Source: Clostridia bacterium
GTDB taxonomy: Bacteria > Bacillota > Clostridia > Christensenellales > CAG-917
DNA: 64,000 nucleotides
Direction: 5' to 3'
NCBI GenBank assembly: GCA_028710495.1
Contig: JAQUST010000005.1
Coordinates: 1,476 to 65,475, forward strand
The translations under genes were made by a program, and so were the position numbers. Positions 1-11,713 of the stretch are shown here, one piece after another (position 1 is the stretch's first letter; the number at the start of each line of letters is the position of its first letter). Below the pieces are notes generated by a model. That model made no database searches, was not told where the DNA came from, and saw nothing but the letters and a program-made list of their open reading frames with translations.

Positions 1-308
1 ACCATACCAAACCAACCGCGCCAATCTGATGGGTTGAGTTCGATTGCTTTGTCAAATGCATTTTTTGCTTTTGCAAATTCATCAAGAGATAAAAATACAT
101 CACCATTTGCGATGAAGTCTTCCGCTTCGGATTTTTCTCTGCCATAAATATTCTTTGTGATGTTTTGTGTCGTGGAGTAAACCTGATTGTTCGTGACCTT
201 TTCGGCAATAAAAAGCGTACCACAATGAGGGCAGTAACCTCTGCCTTTTTCTTCATTGATTTCGAGCTGTGCTCCGCAATTTGAACATTGTGCTTGTATG
301 TAGCCCAT
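1..308 (-). CDS. zinc-ribbon / TPR-like protein; N-terminal part only, since the gene runs off the window start
   Basis: The ORF is open at the window edge, so it is absent from the ORF track. A reverse-strand ATG at 308-306 has GGAGG a few nt upstream. It reads MGYIQAQCSNCGAQLEINEEKGRGYCPHCGTLFIAEK... (CxxC-x14-CxxC zinc ribbon), then ...DEFAKAKNAFDKAIELNPSDWRGW (TPR-like helices). Confidence 0.6.
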   Translation of the reverse strand, partial: MGYIQAQCSNCGAQLEINEEKGRGYCPHCGTLFIAEKVTNNQVYSTTQNITKNIYGREKSEAEDFIANGDVFLSLDEFAKAKNAFDKAIELNPSDWRGWFGM

Positions 309-331
309 TCATGCCTCCAGTCTTTGATATC

Positions 332-360
332 ATTCTATTATAAATAATAAAATATGTCAA
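332..360 (-). promoter_or_regulatory. sigma-70-type promoter for the zinc-ribbon gene
   Basis: The reverse strand reads TTGACA (360-355), a 17-nt spacer, then TAGAAT (337-332), about 23 nt upstream of the ATG at 308. Confidence 0.5.
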
Positions 361-436
361 TATAAGCAAAAAAAAGTATTGAATTTGAAAAATAAATATT
401 TGGATTTTTTTTGGTAAAATATGTTATAAAAAATTA

Positions 437-461
437 AAAAGGCACAAGATTTGTGCCTTTT
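437..461 (-). terminator. bidirectional intrinsic terminator downstream of 610..987
   Basis: Hairpin GGCACAA-GAT-TTGTGCC (441-457) is flanked by an A-run and a T-run. On the minus strand the stem is followed by TTTTTAATTTTTT. Confidence 0.7.
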
Positions 462-609
462 CATAAAAGTTTATTTGAGAGTCTTGAAAATGTTGCGAAA
501 TTCGATTTGAGTTAAATTATCGTGCTCACATCTCTGCATTATCGTGCTTACATCTCTGCGTTAAATTTAGAAATTAATTTACATTGATATGAGAGAAATC
601 GTAAAGCTT

Positions 610-987
610 TTACAAGTCATCTGCATCTTGAACAGGTCGTTCGTTTTTGCGTGCAGGTGCGCCTGTATAGCTGCCATTCGGGTCAAATTTCGGGCTTTGA
701 AGATTACTTTTGCAAGCGGCTTTTGAAGTCGATGGATTCACTTTCCCCGAGTTTTGAGTTTTTTTGTTTTTTGGCGCTCTCATATTTTTGCCATCGCCAC
801 TGTCTCGGCCATATTCGGTTGTGGCAGTGTTGCCTTTTGTTTTCCTGCTTACAGGAGCAAATGGCAATGGAGTTGCAGTCATCTTTACCGCAACAGGAGT
901 TCCTGGTTCATTGTGATCAAAGGGATCAAAATTTCTGATCGGGGTTGCGCCGTATTTTGCTAAATTTGATTTTTTACTGTTTTTCAT
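610..987 (-). CDS. hypothetical low-complexity protein (K/N/P/T/G-rich)
   Basis: A 125-aa ORF begins 29 nt downstream of the hydrolase gene on the same strand and is followed by a terminator at 437-461. It has no clear SD and no recognisable domain. Confidence 0.4.
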   Translation of the reverse strand: MKNSKKSNLAKYGATPIRNFDPFDHNEPGTPVAVKMTATPLPFAPVSRKTKGNTATTEYGRDSGDGKNMRAPKNKKTQNSGKVNPSTSKAACKSNLQSPKFDPNGSYTGAPARKNERPVQDADDL

Positions 988-1015
988 AAATTTAGCTTTT
1001 GCGAAGAAGTGAAAA

Positions 1016-1963
1016 TTATTCGTTTCTTTTCAAAAATGCTTTCACTGAATTTTCGTACAGTTTTGTATCGTGGTAATATGCGCCGACATGCTCAGCGCCC
1101 TCGACAATATGCAGCTCCTTTGCTGTCGGGCAAGCATCATAAATTTCTTTTGTCATCTCCATACTCACAGCGATATCATCTGTACCTCTAAAGAAGATGA
1201 ATGGAATTTTTGCGTCTTTTATATAATCTATAACATTTGTATCTTTCAAGCTATATTTTGCAAAAATAATATTGAACATATTCATAATATATAAAAATGG
1301 AAAAGCAGGCAAATGTGCTTCGCTTTTTAGCATAATTTTCAATTCATCCCACGGTGAGGTGAAACCGCTGTCGAATATTATACCTTTCACGGTTGCGGGA
1401 ATATCCATTCCGCTCACAAGCGCTGCCGTTGAAGCTCCCATTGAAATGCCGTATAGAAAAATCGATGAATCATCTCCAAACATTTTTGTTGCTGTGAAAA
1501 TCCATTTTTGCAAATCATAGCGGTCCAGCACAGAAAATCCTACATATTTTCCATCGCTATCAGCGTGCGCACGGTCGTTCAAATATAATATGTTGTAGCC
1601 TAGACCGTGCAAAAATGGTGATATATTCGCAAATTCACGCGCGGGATGACTTGTGTATCCATGAACGCAAATTATAATTTTTTTTGAATTGTCGCTTCTC
1701 CACAATTTTGCACGCAGAGTGAGATTATCAAAAGATAAAATTTCGAGGTTTTCTTTTTCTATTTTTTTGAATTCCTCCATGGCGATCTTGCGTTTCCCAT
1801 TTACTACTTTGCGTTTTTCAGTTTTTGAAGCACCTAATTCAGTGTAAGGTGCTCGCTTTATTATTCGGCAAAACATATAATAGCTTATTGCAAATATAGT
1901 AATGATTGCAAAGCAGACTAAAGCGGCGACAACTGAAAGTATAATGATTGAAATTTGACTCAT
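1016..1963 (-). CDS. membrane-anchored alpha/beta hydrolase
   Basis: It has an N-terminal TM helix (ISIIILSVVAALVCFAIITIFAISYY), a nucleophile elbow GISMGAS (GxSxG), an HG oxyanion motif (CVHGYTSH) and a C-terminal ...EGAEH histidine region. Confidence 0.8.
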   Translation of the reverse strand: MSQISIIILSVVAALVCFAIITIFAISYYMFCRIIKRAPYTELGASKTEKRKVVNGKRKIAMEEFKKIEKENLEILSFDNLTLRAKLWRSDNSKKIIICVHGYTSHPAREFANISPFLHGLGYNILYLNDRAHADSDGKYVGFSVLDRYDLQKWIFTATKMFGDDSSIFLYGISMGASTAALVSGMDIPATVKGIIFDSGFTSPWDELKIMLKSEAHLPAFPFLYIMNMFNIIFAKYSLKDTNVIDYIKDAKIPFIFFRGTDDIAVSMEMTKEIYDACPTAKELHIVEGAEHVGAYYHDTKLYENSVKAFLKRNE

Positions 1964-2040
1964 AAAACCTCCTTGCTACAAAGTGTTTGAAAGCTTATGC
2001 AAAATCAAATTATGCAAAAGCAAACGGATTATAAAACAAA

Positions 2041-2060
2041 TCGCCCGCTTTTGCGGACGA
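2041..2060 (-). terminator. intrinsic terminator after the ferredoxin gene
   Basis: The minus strand reads TCGTCCGC-AAAA-GCGGGCGA followed by TTTGTTTTAT. Confidence 0.55.
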
Positions 2061-2080
2061 CTCGTTTATTGTTTATTGAT

Positions 2081-2251
2081 TTACTCTTCTGAGATAGCGC
2101 TGACTGGGCATCCATCTTCACAAGCTCCGCAGTCTATGCATTCATCTTTGTTGATGACATACTTGCCATCTCCTTCTGAAATACAGCTGACTGGGCAGGT
2201 ATCTGCGCATGCTCCACAGCTAATACATTCATCACTGATAACTCTTGGCAT
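2081..2251 (-). CDS. fdx: 2x[4Fe-4S] ferredoxin, 56 aa
   Basis: It is below the ORF-track size cut-off. The reverse strand reads MPRVISDECISCGACADTCPVSCISEGDGKYVINKDECIDCGACEDGCPVSAISEE*, with two CxxCxxCxxxCP motifs. An AAGGAGAA SD lies upstream of the ATG (2251-2249) and the stop TAA is at 2083-2081. Confidence 0.88.
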   Translation of the reverse strand: MPRVISDECISCGACADTCPVSCISEGDGKYVINKDECIDCGACEDGCPVSAISEE

Positions 2252-2381
2252 AATCGTTCTCCTTTTTTTAATTTTTATGACATCATAATATCACGACAGT
2301 TTGAAATTGTACAGTATTATTTGTTATTATTGACCAAAAAGCCAATGGCTTCTAACGATACAATCAAAAATTTCGAGGCGG

Positions 2382-3245
2382 CTATTCCTTTATGTCGTCA
2401 GTACCTTCATCGCTTATTTCATTTGCGTTCTGGCGAACAGTTATTCCAAGCTCTTCAAGTTTGTAGGTGTGTCGCTCAAGCGTTCCGTCTTTTGACATAA
2501 TCTTGACCGTGACAGCTTGTCTCAATATATCATTGCTTTCAACAAGTCCTTCCCCATCCTTTGTTTTCACTTTTGAACCGAGTTTTGGCATAAGTTTGTA
2601 GACTTCGGTGTAGTAGTCATTTTCATATTTCAAACAGCACATAAGTCTTCCGCAGCAACCGCTAATTTTTTGAGGGTTGAGTGAAAGCCCTTGAATCTTC
2701 GCCATTTTGATTGACACCTTTTCAAATTCGGGCAGGTGAGAGGTGCAGCAACACGGACGACCGCACACAGCAAGAGCGCCACGCATTTTGGTGTCATCAC
2801 GCTCGTATATCTGGCGTAGTTCTATACGCAGTTTGAATACGGATGCAAGCTCACGGACAAGTTCGCGGAAATCGACTCTGCCATCGGCGGTGAAGTAGAA
2901 AATAAGTTTGTGTCGGTCAAAAGTGTATTCTGCATCCACAATTTTCATGTTCAGCTTTAGAGTGCCAACTTTTTCGTTTACAACAGAAATTGCCTTTTCG
3001 CGGTCTGCAAGATTTTTTTCGACTTGCTTTTCATCCTTTTCTGTTGCCTTGCGGACAACAGGCTTTAGCGGAGTGACAATTTCGCTTTCGGGAACTTCTT
3101 TGTTTGGAACAGCAACACGACCGAATTCGACTCCGCGCGCAGTTTCAACAATTACCCCGTCGTTTTCTTCAAACGTTATTCCGATTGGGTCGAAGTAATA
3201 AGTTTTGTTTGTATTTTTGAATTTTATTCCAACAATTAGTGCCAT
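2382..3245 (-). CDS. ricT: PSP1-domain stage 0 sporulation protein YaaT/RicT
   Basis: It is colinear with B. subtilis YaaT: IVGIKFKNTNKTYYFDP..., FYFTADGRVDFRELVRELASVFKLRIELRQI, and the Cys cluster CGRPCCC...GCCGRLMCCLKYE. The synteny tmk-holB-yaaT is conserved. Confidence 0.88.
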   Translation of the reverse strand: MALIVGIKFKNTNKTYYFDPIGITFEENDGVIVETARGVEFGRVAVPNKEVPESEIVTPLKPVVRKATEKDEKQVEKNLADREKAISVVNEKVGTLKLNMKIVDAEYTFDRHKLIFYFTADGRVDFRELVRELASVFKLRIELRQIYERDDTKMRGALAVCGRPCCCTSHLPEFEKVSIKMAKIQGLSLNPQKISGCCGRLMCCLKYENDYYTEVYKLMPKLGSKVKTKDGEGLVESNDILRQAVTVKIMSKDGTLERHTYKLEELGITVRQNANEISDEGTDDIKE

Positions 3246-4213
3246 TTGTGTTTGACCTCCAACATTCCGAAATACAGCGTTTCAAGTATTGTGATTGCGC
3301 TGATATGGAAGAAGATTTTTTTTCTGGCTTCCGCAATGAAGCCTTGAATTTCAACAATTGCTTTTTCGGAAAATTGTTGAATGAGCGGTGTAATATCATC
3401 TTGCAAATGCTTTGACAAAATTAGCGTTTTGTCAAATCGGGCAACCATAATATCACGCAGTAAAATTGATAGTACCGCCAAAAAATCATCAAGATTTTTG
3501 GGCATATATTCAGCTGATAAGTATTTTGCTATATCAGATGATTTTGTCATATTTTTAAGGACATCAAGGGCGGAACGATAAAGAGCAGTATATTCAGGCG
3601 ATAAAGCGATTTTGTGAGCTTTGCCCAGTTCTCCTTCAGAACAGGCGGCGGCTATTGAGGACAGTTCGCGGTCATCTGTCAATGCAAGAATTTCATTGAA
3701 GATTGTGTCATAGTCAAACAAGTCAAAATTTATTGAGCGACAACGAGAGTGGATTGTGTCTTTGACTGCAGAAACATTGGATACTCCGAGAAAAATAGTG
3801 ACTCCTGCTGGCGGTTCTTCCAAAGTTTTAAGCAGTTTGTTTTGAGCCTGAGAATTCATTTGGTCAGCACCTAAAATGAAATATAGTTTTGGGCTGTCAT
3901 CAAACGCTTTGATATATGCGCTTGTAGTCAGTTCGCGAATGTCATCGACTTTTATTTGCTCACCTGCCAGATTGACCCAAAAAACATTCGGATGATTGTA
4001 ATGCAAAACTTTTGAGCATTCGGAGCAATCCATACACGCATCATTTGAGGCACAATATGTCGAACAGGCAATCAGCATAAAAAAGTTCGCGATTGCTTCA
4101 TCATCAGGCGAAACAAACATATATGCGTGTCCAAGCCCTGTTTTCAAATCGTTTTGTATTATTTGATAAGCACGGCTATGTTTCAAAGCATTTTCAAAGG
4201 TGATTTGGTTCAC
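3236..4213 (-). CDS. holB: DNA polymerase III delta-prime subunit
   Basis: It carries a clamp-loader AAA+ fold (GLGHAYMF), a Zn module CxxCxxC (CMDCSECSKV), LLKTLEEPP and an SRC motif (IHSRCRSI). It lies between tmk and yaaT and overlaps both. Confidence 0.82.
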   Translation of the reverse strand: MNQITFENALKHSRAYQIIQNDLKTGLGHAYMFVSPDDEAIANFFMLIACSTYCASNDACMDCSECSKVLHYNHPNVFWVNLAGEQIKVDDIRELTTSAYIKAFDDSPKLYFILGADQMNSQAQNKLLKTLEEPPAGVTIFLGVSNVSAVKDTIHSRCRSINFDLFDYDTIFNEILALTDDRELSSIAAACSEGELGKAHKIALSPEYTALYRSALDVLKNMTKSSDIAKYLSAEYMPKNLDDFLAVLSILLRDIMVARFDKTLILSKHLQDDITPLIQQFSEKAIVEIQGFIAEARKKIFFHISAITILETLYFGMLEVKHKWH

Positions 4214-4827
4214 TTGAAAACTCCTTTGTCGCGGAGTGCGTTTAGAATTTTTTCGTGGGTTTCCATTTTATTCTGGCAAGGAACAACTTTCACAATGCGC
4301 CCGTTTGAGTTTTCAACTTCATTCAGGTAAGCCTTGTAGACACTAGAATGGAAAGTTGAGCCTTCTTGCTCAAGTCTGTCAGCTTTCTTGAAAGTGCGGA
4401 AAGCGTCAGCAGGGGCAAGGTCAATAAATATAGTGAGGTCGGGCATACATTCGGCAATTGCGGGAGCGTTTATTTGTTTCACAAGTTCAACTCCAAGTCC
4501 GCGAGCTCCGCCTTGGTACGCAATCGAGCTGTCAATAAAGCGGTCGCAAATGACAGTTTCACCCGCTTCAAGAGCAGGGCGGATAAGTTCATTCACATGT
4601 TGCGCGCGTGAAGCTGCATAAAGCATAGCTTCCGTTACGGCAGACATTTCATTGTTGTCGCAGGACATAATAATATTGCGGATTTGCTCGGAAATTGACG
4701 TTCCGCCCGGTTCTCTTGTGAAAATTGCATTCTGTTGAGTACGTTTCAAATAGTCACGCAACAATAAAAGCTGAGTGGATTTTCCAACTCCTTCGCAACC
4801 TTCAAATGTAATAAAAGTACCTCTCAT
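4210..4827 (-). CDS. tmk: thymidylate kinase
   Basis: It has the P-loop FITFEGCEGVGKSTQ, a DRF motif (ICDRFIDSSIAYQG) and a typical length of 205 aa. Confidence 0.92.
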   Translation of the reverse strand: MRGTFITFEGCEGVGKSTQLLLLRDYLKRTQQNAIFTREPGGTSISEQIRNIIMSCDNNEMSAVTEAMLYAASRAQHVNELIRPALEAGETVICDRFIDSSIAYQGGARGLGVELVKQINAPAIAECMPDLTIFIDLAPADAFRTFKKADRLEQEGSTFHSSVYKAYLNEVENSNGRIVKVVPCQNKMETHEKILNALRDKGVFK

Positions 4828-4888
4828 AAGTATCCTCGAAAATTTTTGTCATGTCTGAATTTAGCAATACAGCCTCAATTTACAACTT

Positions 4889-6415
4889 TTATATTATAAC
4901 ACATATTTTGTTTCTTACAAGGTTAAAAATGCTATTTTTGTGTTGTTGCAAAAAATAGAGCTTGCTCGCCGAAATTTCCTCACCTGCAAACAGAATCGGA
5001 GTTCCTGGCGGATAGCATCCTACATCAACTGCGCTGATGCGACCGAGTGAATCTTCCAACTCGATAAATTCGGTTTTCATATTTGCATTCTGCGGCAAAA
5101 GTTTTGCGGGAAAATCAAGTCCGCTCAAATCAAAATCATCATCAACTATGCTTTGAGGATTGAGTTTTGAAAGAGCAGTTGAGAGTGCAAAAAGTCTGTC
5201 AATATTGAAGGGAGTACAGATAAAAACACTCCACCTTCCCCAACTCATGTCGGCATATACTTTGAGATTTTCAAGTTCCTTTATGTCCACATTTATGACA
5301 AGTCGTGAGAAATCGTGGAGCGAATTTCCATCGTCTTTGAACACATAATTTGAATGCTCCGCCTTTAATTTTCTAAGCTCATTTTTCAGTTCAATATATC
5401 TTGCTTCACCTTCACTTTCGAATAACGCTCGAGCGTAGTCTAATGACGCAAGAGTGACATAACTAGGACTTGAAGTGTGCAAATTGGCACGATAAAGTCT
5501 GCATTCTGCAATTAAATCACAATTTATATTCAGAACAGCTCCGCCTGTGTAGACGGGCAAAGTCTTGTGTGAACTGTCAACAACAAGGTCTGCAAATCTG
5601 ATTGCAGGAGTTGGCAAAAGTGAAGAAAAAGCAAAATGTGCGCCGTGTGCTTCATCCACCATAAGAAGAGATTTTTTTGCGTGTACGGTTTTTGAGATTG
5701 CTTCAATGACGAGTGCATTTCCAAAATAATCAGGAGAAGTCACAACTATCGCACCTAGATCGGGAGTTCGCGAATACGCTTCTAAAATTGCACTTTGACT
5801 GAGTGGAAGAGGCAACCCTTCACTGTCAAAATTGCGCTTTATGATTGTGATTTCAAAGCCGAAAAAACGACAGGCTGAAAAGATAGATTTGTGTGAAAAG
5901 AAGTCTAGTGCTATTTTGTTTGTGGTTGTGCGGATTGCGCCCAATGCTGTGAAAATTGCGCTTGTGGCTCCAGCTGTGAAAAACAAACTTGCTTTTGAAT
6001 TGTAGGCTTTTGCCATCAAGCTTTCAGCTTCTGCGATTACGCCGTTTGGGCAATTCAAATTGTCGGAAAAAGAAAGTTCGGTGATGTCAAAAGGAGCGCT
6101 TGCAAAAAGTGAATTTTCACGGTTTGTGTCCCTGTCGTCATTTTCAACTTTTGCTTTGATATTGTTTTCCGTCTCATATGAAATGGAAAGCTTGCGGTTC
6201 TCATCGAAACTTCCAACACTGTTTTTCGAGCAAGGATTGTAATTTGCGACATTCGCAATATTTCGGAAAGCGTCAATTTGAACTCCGCTATGTGCTGGCA
6301 TATGAAAGCGATTTAGTTCGCTAGCGTATTTTTTGAGTTTTTCATAGAGAGGTGCGTTCAGTTTTTTATAATGAGGAGCGTTCATTTTATCCTTTGAAAA
6401 GTTGCAACAATTCAT
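4889..6415 (-). CDS. Orn/Lys/Arg decarboxylase family PLP enzyme (YaaO-like)
   Basis: It has HMPAHSG near the N-terminus and the PLP-lysine motif DSSHKTLP, and sits upstream of tmk as yaaO does in Bacillus. The start is uncertain; an alternative ATG at 6385 gives MNAPHYKK.... It contains a roughly 50-aa low-complexity insertion. Confidence 0.75.
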   Translation of the reverse strand: MNCCNFSKDKMNAPHYKKLNAPLYEKLKKYASELNRFHMPAHSGVQIDAFRNIANVANYNPCSKNSVGSFDENRKLSISYETENNIKAKVENDDRDTNRENSLFASAPFDITELSFSDNLNCPNGVIAEAESLMAKAYNSKASLFFTAGATSAIFTALGAIRTTTNKIALDFFSHKSIFSACRFFGFEITIIKRNFDSEGLPLPLSQSAILEAYSRTPDLGAIVVTSPDYFGNALVIEAISKTVHAKKSLLMVDEAHGAHFAFSSLLPTPAIRFADLVVDSSHKTLPVYTGGAVLNINCDLIAECRLYRANLHTSSPSYVTLASLDYARALFESEGEARYIELKNELRKLKAEHSNYVFKDDGNSLHDFSRLVINVDIKELENLKVYADMSWGRWSVFICTPFNIDRLFALSTALSKLNPQSIVDDDFDLSGLDFPAKLLPQNANMKTEFIELEDSLGRISAVDVGCYPPGTPILFAGEEISASKLYFLQQHKNSIFNLVRNKICVII

Positions 6416-6762
6416 TGCAGCATCCTTTTAGGTTGAGTTTTTTGCTTTGAAATATATGGACTAATTCTAAAAATTGTGATTTTCAATGCTTTAATTCTAA
6501 AGCTTGTTTGATTTTCAGTCAAGCGTTATGAAAATTCATTTTGGGAAGAGAAAATAGATACACAGATAATCTCGCGTCTTCAAATAATCTTGTAATTTCA
6601 AAATCTAGTAATCTCAAAATATACTGTTGTGATTTTGAAATAAGATTAGCGATATGAAGAAGAATTGTTCAAAAATGATGAGAAGCAAAGCTTTGATTTG
6701 AATTAAAAAAAGTCGATTTCAGAATTTATGGAACTTATATAGGCAGATAATTTTGCAAGAAG

Positions 6763-6791
6763 TTGACATTGAACCTATATCGTATTATTAT
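6763..6791 (+). promoter_or_regulatory. sigma-70-type promoter upstream of leuS
   Basis: TTGACA (6763-6768), a 17-nt spacer, then TATTAT (6786-6791). Confidence 0.5.
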
Positions 6792-6867
6792 GTTAAAGAT
6801 TTTATAAGATTTATACAGTCTGAAATTGCTGCGCAAACGGGCGGTAAAAATCATATTGGAGAGCAGA

Positions 6868-9288
6868 ATGGATTTCAAACAAATTGAAAAGAAATGGCAA
6901 AAAAGATGGGAAGATACAAAACTCTACTCTTTTGACAAGTCAAAAGTTGACAAAAAGATGTATGTTTTGGAGATGTTTTCTTATCCGTCGGGCGCAAAAC
7001 TTCACGCAGGGCACTGGTTCAATTATGGTCCGAGTGATACTTATGCACGCTTCAAGAGAATGAAGGGGTATGAGGTGTTTCAACCGATGGGCTTTGATGC
7101 CTTCGGACTACCTGCCGAAAACTATGCCATCAAAACCGGAATACATCCTGAAGACAGCACGCTTAAAAATATTGCCACCATGGAAAAACAGCTCAAGGCA
7201 ATCGGCGCAACTTTTGACTGGGATTACGAAGTTAAGACCTGTATGCCTGATTATTACAAATGGACGCAATGGCTGTTTTTGCAATTATATAAAAAAGGTC
7301 TTGCCTATCGCAAAGAAGCTCCTGTCAACTGGTGTCCTTCTTGCAATACGGTGCTTGCAAATGAACAAGTCAAAGAGGGCGAATGTGAAAGATGCGGCAG
7401 TGTTGTAGTTCGCAAAAATCTTACACAATGGTTTTTCAAAATAACCGATTATGCAGAGGAATTGCTCACCGACCTTGACAAACTTGATTGGCCTGAGAAA
7501 ACAAAACTGATGCAAAAGAATTGGATTGGAAAATCTGTTGGAGCTGAGATTGATTTTGAAACCACAACAGGCGAGAAATTCACAGTTTTCACCACAAGAG
7601 CGGACACACTTTTTGGAGTAAGTTATGTTGTGCTTGCGCCGGAGCATCCTCTTGTTGAAAAACTGACATTGCCAGACCGTATGGAAGCCGTTGAAAACTA
7701 CAAAATTGAAAGCTCAAAGGCAACCGAAATCGACAGACTTTCAAGTGCAAGAGAAAAAACGGGCGTTGAAATCGGCGCATACGCAATAAATCCAATCAAT
7801 GGTCGCAAAGTGCCAATTCTTATTGCCGACTATGTTTTGGCAAGTTATGGCACGGGTGCTGTTATGGGTGTGCCTTCACATGATGACCGCGACTTTGTTT
7901 TTGCCACAAAATACGGTCTTCCCATCGAGAGAGTCATAAAGGGGAAAGACGGACAAAATGATGCTTTGCCTTTCACTGATTACGGTGTTATGGTAAACAG
8001 CGAAGAATTTGACGGAATGACAACAGAAGAAGGAAAAATCGCCGTTGTCAAAAAACTGGAAAAAGAAAACAAAGGTAGGCTCAAAACAAATTACCGTTTG
8101 CGTGACTGGCTGGTATCGCGTCAACGCTATTGGGGTGCTCCAATTCCAATTGTTCATTGCGAACATTGCGGAGCAGTTGCTGTGCCTGAATCGGATTTGC
8201 CTGTCAAACTTCCATACGATGTTGATTTCACTCCAAACGGACAGTCGCCACTCCTCAAAAGCGAGGAATTTATGCATACAACTTGTCCAAAATGCGGAGG
8301 TCCTGCATTGCGCGATGCCGACACATTGGATACTTTTGTTTGCTCAAGCTGGTATTTCTTGCGTTATCCAGACAATAAAAATAGCGAGAAAGCGTTTGAT
8401 ACGGAATGGATAAACAAAATGCTTCCGGTTGATAAATATATTGGTGGAGCAGAGCACGCTTGTATGCATTTGCTTTATGCGCGATTTATGACAAAAGCAC
8501 TCCGCGATATGGGATATCTCAACTTTGATGAGCCTTTCACTTCACTTATTCATCAAGGCACGATTTTAGGTCCTGATGGCAATAAAATGTCAAAGTCAAA
8601 AGGGAATGTTGTTTCGCCTGATGACAAAATTCAAAAATACGGTTCTGATGTTTTCCGTGTTTATCTCATGTTCTGTTTTTCATACATTGAGGGCGGACCG
8701 TGGAACGATAGCGGACTCGAAAGTGTTCAGCGTTTCTTTGACCGCATTGAGCGTATGGCAAAAAAAGCCTATGAAGTGCATTTTTATGACGGGTCTTTCA
8801 CCGCTGATGAAAAAGAACTGAACTACGTTCGCAACTACACAATAAAAGCAGTCAACAATGATATCGACAATTTCTCATTCAATACCGCAATTGCAAGACT
8901 TATGGAATTTGTCAACGCGCTTTATGCTTATGACAGCAAAGTCGAAAAGAAGAATAAGTTGTTCTTGGATTGTATTGTTGACCTTATCAAATTGTTTGCT
9001 CCAATGGCTCCTCATTTCACCGAAGAATTAAATGAAATGCTTGGAGGTAAATATTCAATTTTCAATCTGTCTTATCCTGTTTGTGATGAAAAGGCGCTTG
9101 TCCGTGATGAAATTGAATATGCTGTCCAAATAAACAGCAAAATGCGTGGCAGAGTTGTTATTTCAAGTTCTGCATCAAATGAAGAAATTGAGAAAATTGC
9201 GCTTAATGAAGTTAAGGACAGTTTGGGCGATGCGACAGTCAAAAAAATTATTATCATACCAAAGAGACTTATAAACATTATTGCATAG
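6868..9288 (+). CDS. leuS: leucyl-tRNA synthetase
   Basis: It shows [15 protein letters not shown]..., a HIGH-type motif ([12 protein letters not shown]), KMSKS ([10 protein letters not shown]) and the CP1 zinc cysteines. I moved the start from the track's TTG at 6826 to the ATG at 6868, which is preceded by GGAGAG. Confidence 0.95.
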   Translation: MDFKQIEKKWQKRWEDTKLYSFDKSKVDKKMYVLEMFSYPSGAKLHAGHWFNYGPSDTYARFKRMKGYEVFQPMGFDAFGLPAENYAIKTGIHPEDSTLKNIATMEKQLKAIGATFDWDYEVKTCMPDYYKWTQWLFLQLYKKGLAYRKEAPVNWCPSCNTVLANEQVKEGECERCGSVVVRKNLTQWFFKITDYAEELLTDLDKLDWPEKTKLMQKNWIGKSVGAEIDFETTTGEKFTVFTTRADTLFGVSYVVLAPEHPLVEKLTLPDRMEAVENYKIESSKATEIDRLSSAREKTGVEIGAYAINPINGRKVPILIADYVLASYGTGAVMGVPSHDDRDFVFATKYGLPIERVIKGKDGQNDALPFTDYGVMVNSEEFDGMTTEEGKIAVVKKLEKENKGRLKTNYRLRDWLVSRQRYWGAPIPIVHCEHCGAVAVPESDLPVKLPYDVDFTPNGQSPLLKSEEFMHTTCPKCGGPALRDADTLDTFVCSSWYFLRYPDNKNSEKAFDTEWINKMLPVDKYIGGAEHACMHLLYARFMTKALRDMGYLNFDEPFTSLIHQGTILGPDGNKMSKSKGNVVSPDDKIQKYGSDVFRVYLMFCFSYIEGGPWNDSGLESVQRFFDRIERMAKKAYEVHFYDGSFTADEKELNYVRNYTIKAVNNDIDNFSFNTAIARLMEFVNALYAYDSKVEKKNKLFLDCIVDLIKLFAPMAPHFTEELNEMLGGKYSIFNLSYPVCDEKALVRDEIEYAVQINSKMRGRVVISSSASNEEIEKIALNEVKDSLGDATVKKIIIIPKRLINIIA

Positions 9289-9368
9289 AATGCAGAATAG
9301 AAAATTCGTGCAGGTTTTCAAGAGAGGAAGTTTGAAGAAAGAAAAATAGCAATTAAATATTTCATTCT

Positions 9369-9396
9369 AAGTTTCTGAGTTGTCATTCAGAAACTT
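9369..9396 (+). terminator. hairpin downstream of leuS
   Basis: AAGTTTCTGA (9369-9378), an 8-nt loop, then TCAGAAACTT (9387-9396). The T-tract is weak. Confidence 0.45.
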
Positions 9397-9524
9397 GAAA
9401 TTTAAAGTATGAAAAGTCAAATTTTGGAAGAAATAAAAATACAAATTTATAATTTTTTTAAAATAAACCAAAGAAAGATGGATTGAAAAAGTTGAAAACC
9501 TAAATTGTATATTACAATGCGTAA

Positions 9525-10823
<1,299 letters not shown>

Positions 10824-10825
10824 TT

Positions 10826-11713
10826 ATGATTCTTTCAATAGGCGAAATACTAGTTGATTTATTTAGAAATGGCGAAACCAGCGATATGTTTGCAGGTGGC
10901 GCGCCGTTTAATGCTGTCTCAAACGCAAAACTTTGCGGGGCAGTGAGCGGTTTTGTGGGAAAAGTGGGAAATGACAGCGAAGGCGAATTTTTGAAAGCTT
11001 TTGCAAGTAAACTCAATTTTGATATGTTGTGTATTGCAACCGACGAAATACGCCCGACAACGAAAGCGATTGTCACTATAGATGAAAATGGCGAGCGCTC
11101 ATTTGTTTTTTCGAGAGAAAATACGGCGGATTATCACCTTAAACTTTCAGAAGTTCCTTTGGACGAACTTGATGAAGATGATATTGTGCATATAGGTTCT
11201 CTTATGCTCTCCACAAAAGAAGGGCAAGAATTTTCAAAAAAGTTGATTTATGAAATAAAATTGAGAAATCTTGTTTTAAGTTTTGATGTCAATTTCCGTG
11301 AAGATTTGTTCGAAACTCAAGAAAAGGCAATAAATGCGTATAACGAGGTTTTCAAGAATGCAGATATTTTGAAATTTTCGCAAGAGGAAATATTGTATTT
11401 TGCCAAAACTGATTCTCTTGCAGTTGCCATTTCAATGTTTATGAAAAAAGACAGGTTGCTTGTTGTGACATTAGGTTCAAAGGGCAGTTTGTTTGTCAAG
11501 GATGGCAAAAGCGTCATCGCTCCTGCAGCAAAAATAGAAAAGGTTGTCGACACAACAGGCGCAGGCGATGCGTTTATGGGCGGATTGCTTTACAAACTTG
11601 ATGGGAGAAACTGGAGAGGTGAGGGCGAAAAGTTCTTTGCTGACGCGTTGCATTTTGCAAACGCACTTGGAGCATTTTGTGTGACAAAGAAAGGCGCAAT
11701 CAATAAATTTTGA
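10826..11713 (+). CDS. PfkB-family sugar kinase (fructokinase-like)
   Basis: It begins ILSIGEILVDLF..GGAPFN and has the C-terminal signature DTTGAGDAFMGGLL. It starts 2 nt after the serS stop codon. Confidence 0.8.
   Translation: MILSIGEILVDLFRNGETSDMFAGGAPFNAVSNAKLCGAVSGFVGKVGNDSEGEFLKAFASKLNFDMLCIATDEIRPTTKAIVTIDENGERSFVFSRENTADYHLKLSEVPLDELDEDDIVHIGSLMLSTKEGQEFSKKLIYEIKLRNLVLSFDVNFREDLFETQEKAINAYNEVFKNADILKFSQEEILYFAKTDSLAVAISMFMKKDRLLVVTLGSKGSLFVKDGKSVIAPAAKIEKVVDTTGAGDAFMGGLLYKLDGRNWRGEGEKFFADALHFANALGAFCVTKKGAINKF

Noticed and set aside
1983-2288. A 101-aa + strand ORF from the track.
   Set aside because: It is antisense to a textbook 2x[4Fe-4S] ferredoxin (2081..2251, minus), which has an SD and a terminator. 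The + strand translation has no features of its own.
2908-3198. Numerous 60-200-aa antisense or out-of-frame ORFs inside large conserved genes. Examples are 7070..7408, 7285..7647, 22804..23079, 36462..36848, 55430..56059 and 56388..57238.
   Set aside because: Each lies wholly within a confidently identified gene on the other strand or in another frame. They have no SD and give low-information translations.
6416-6867. A possible T-box leader upstream of leuS (and likewise at 9289-9563 upstream of serS).
   Set aside because: I could not find the conserved T-box sequence (AAnnnGGGTGGTACCGCG-like) or a specifier or terminator arrangement in either leader. This is only a visual scan, and an Infernal run would be decisive.
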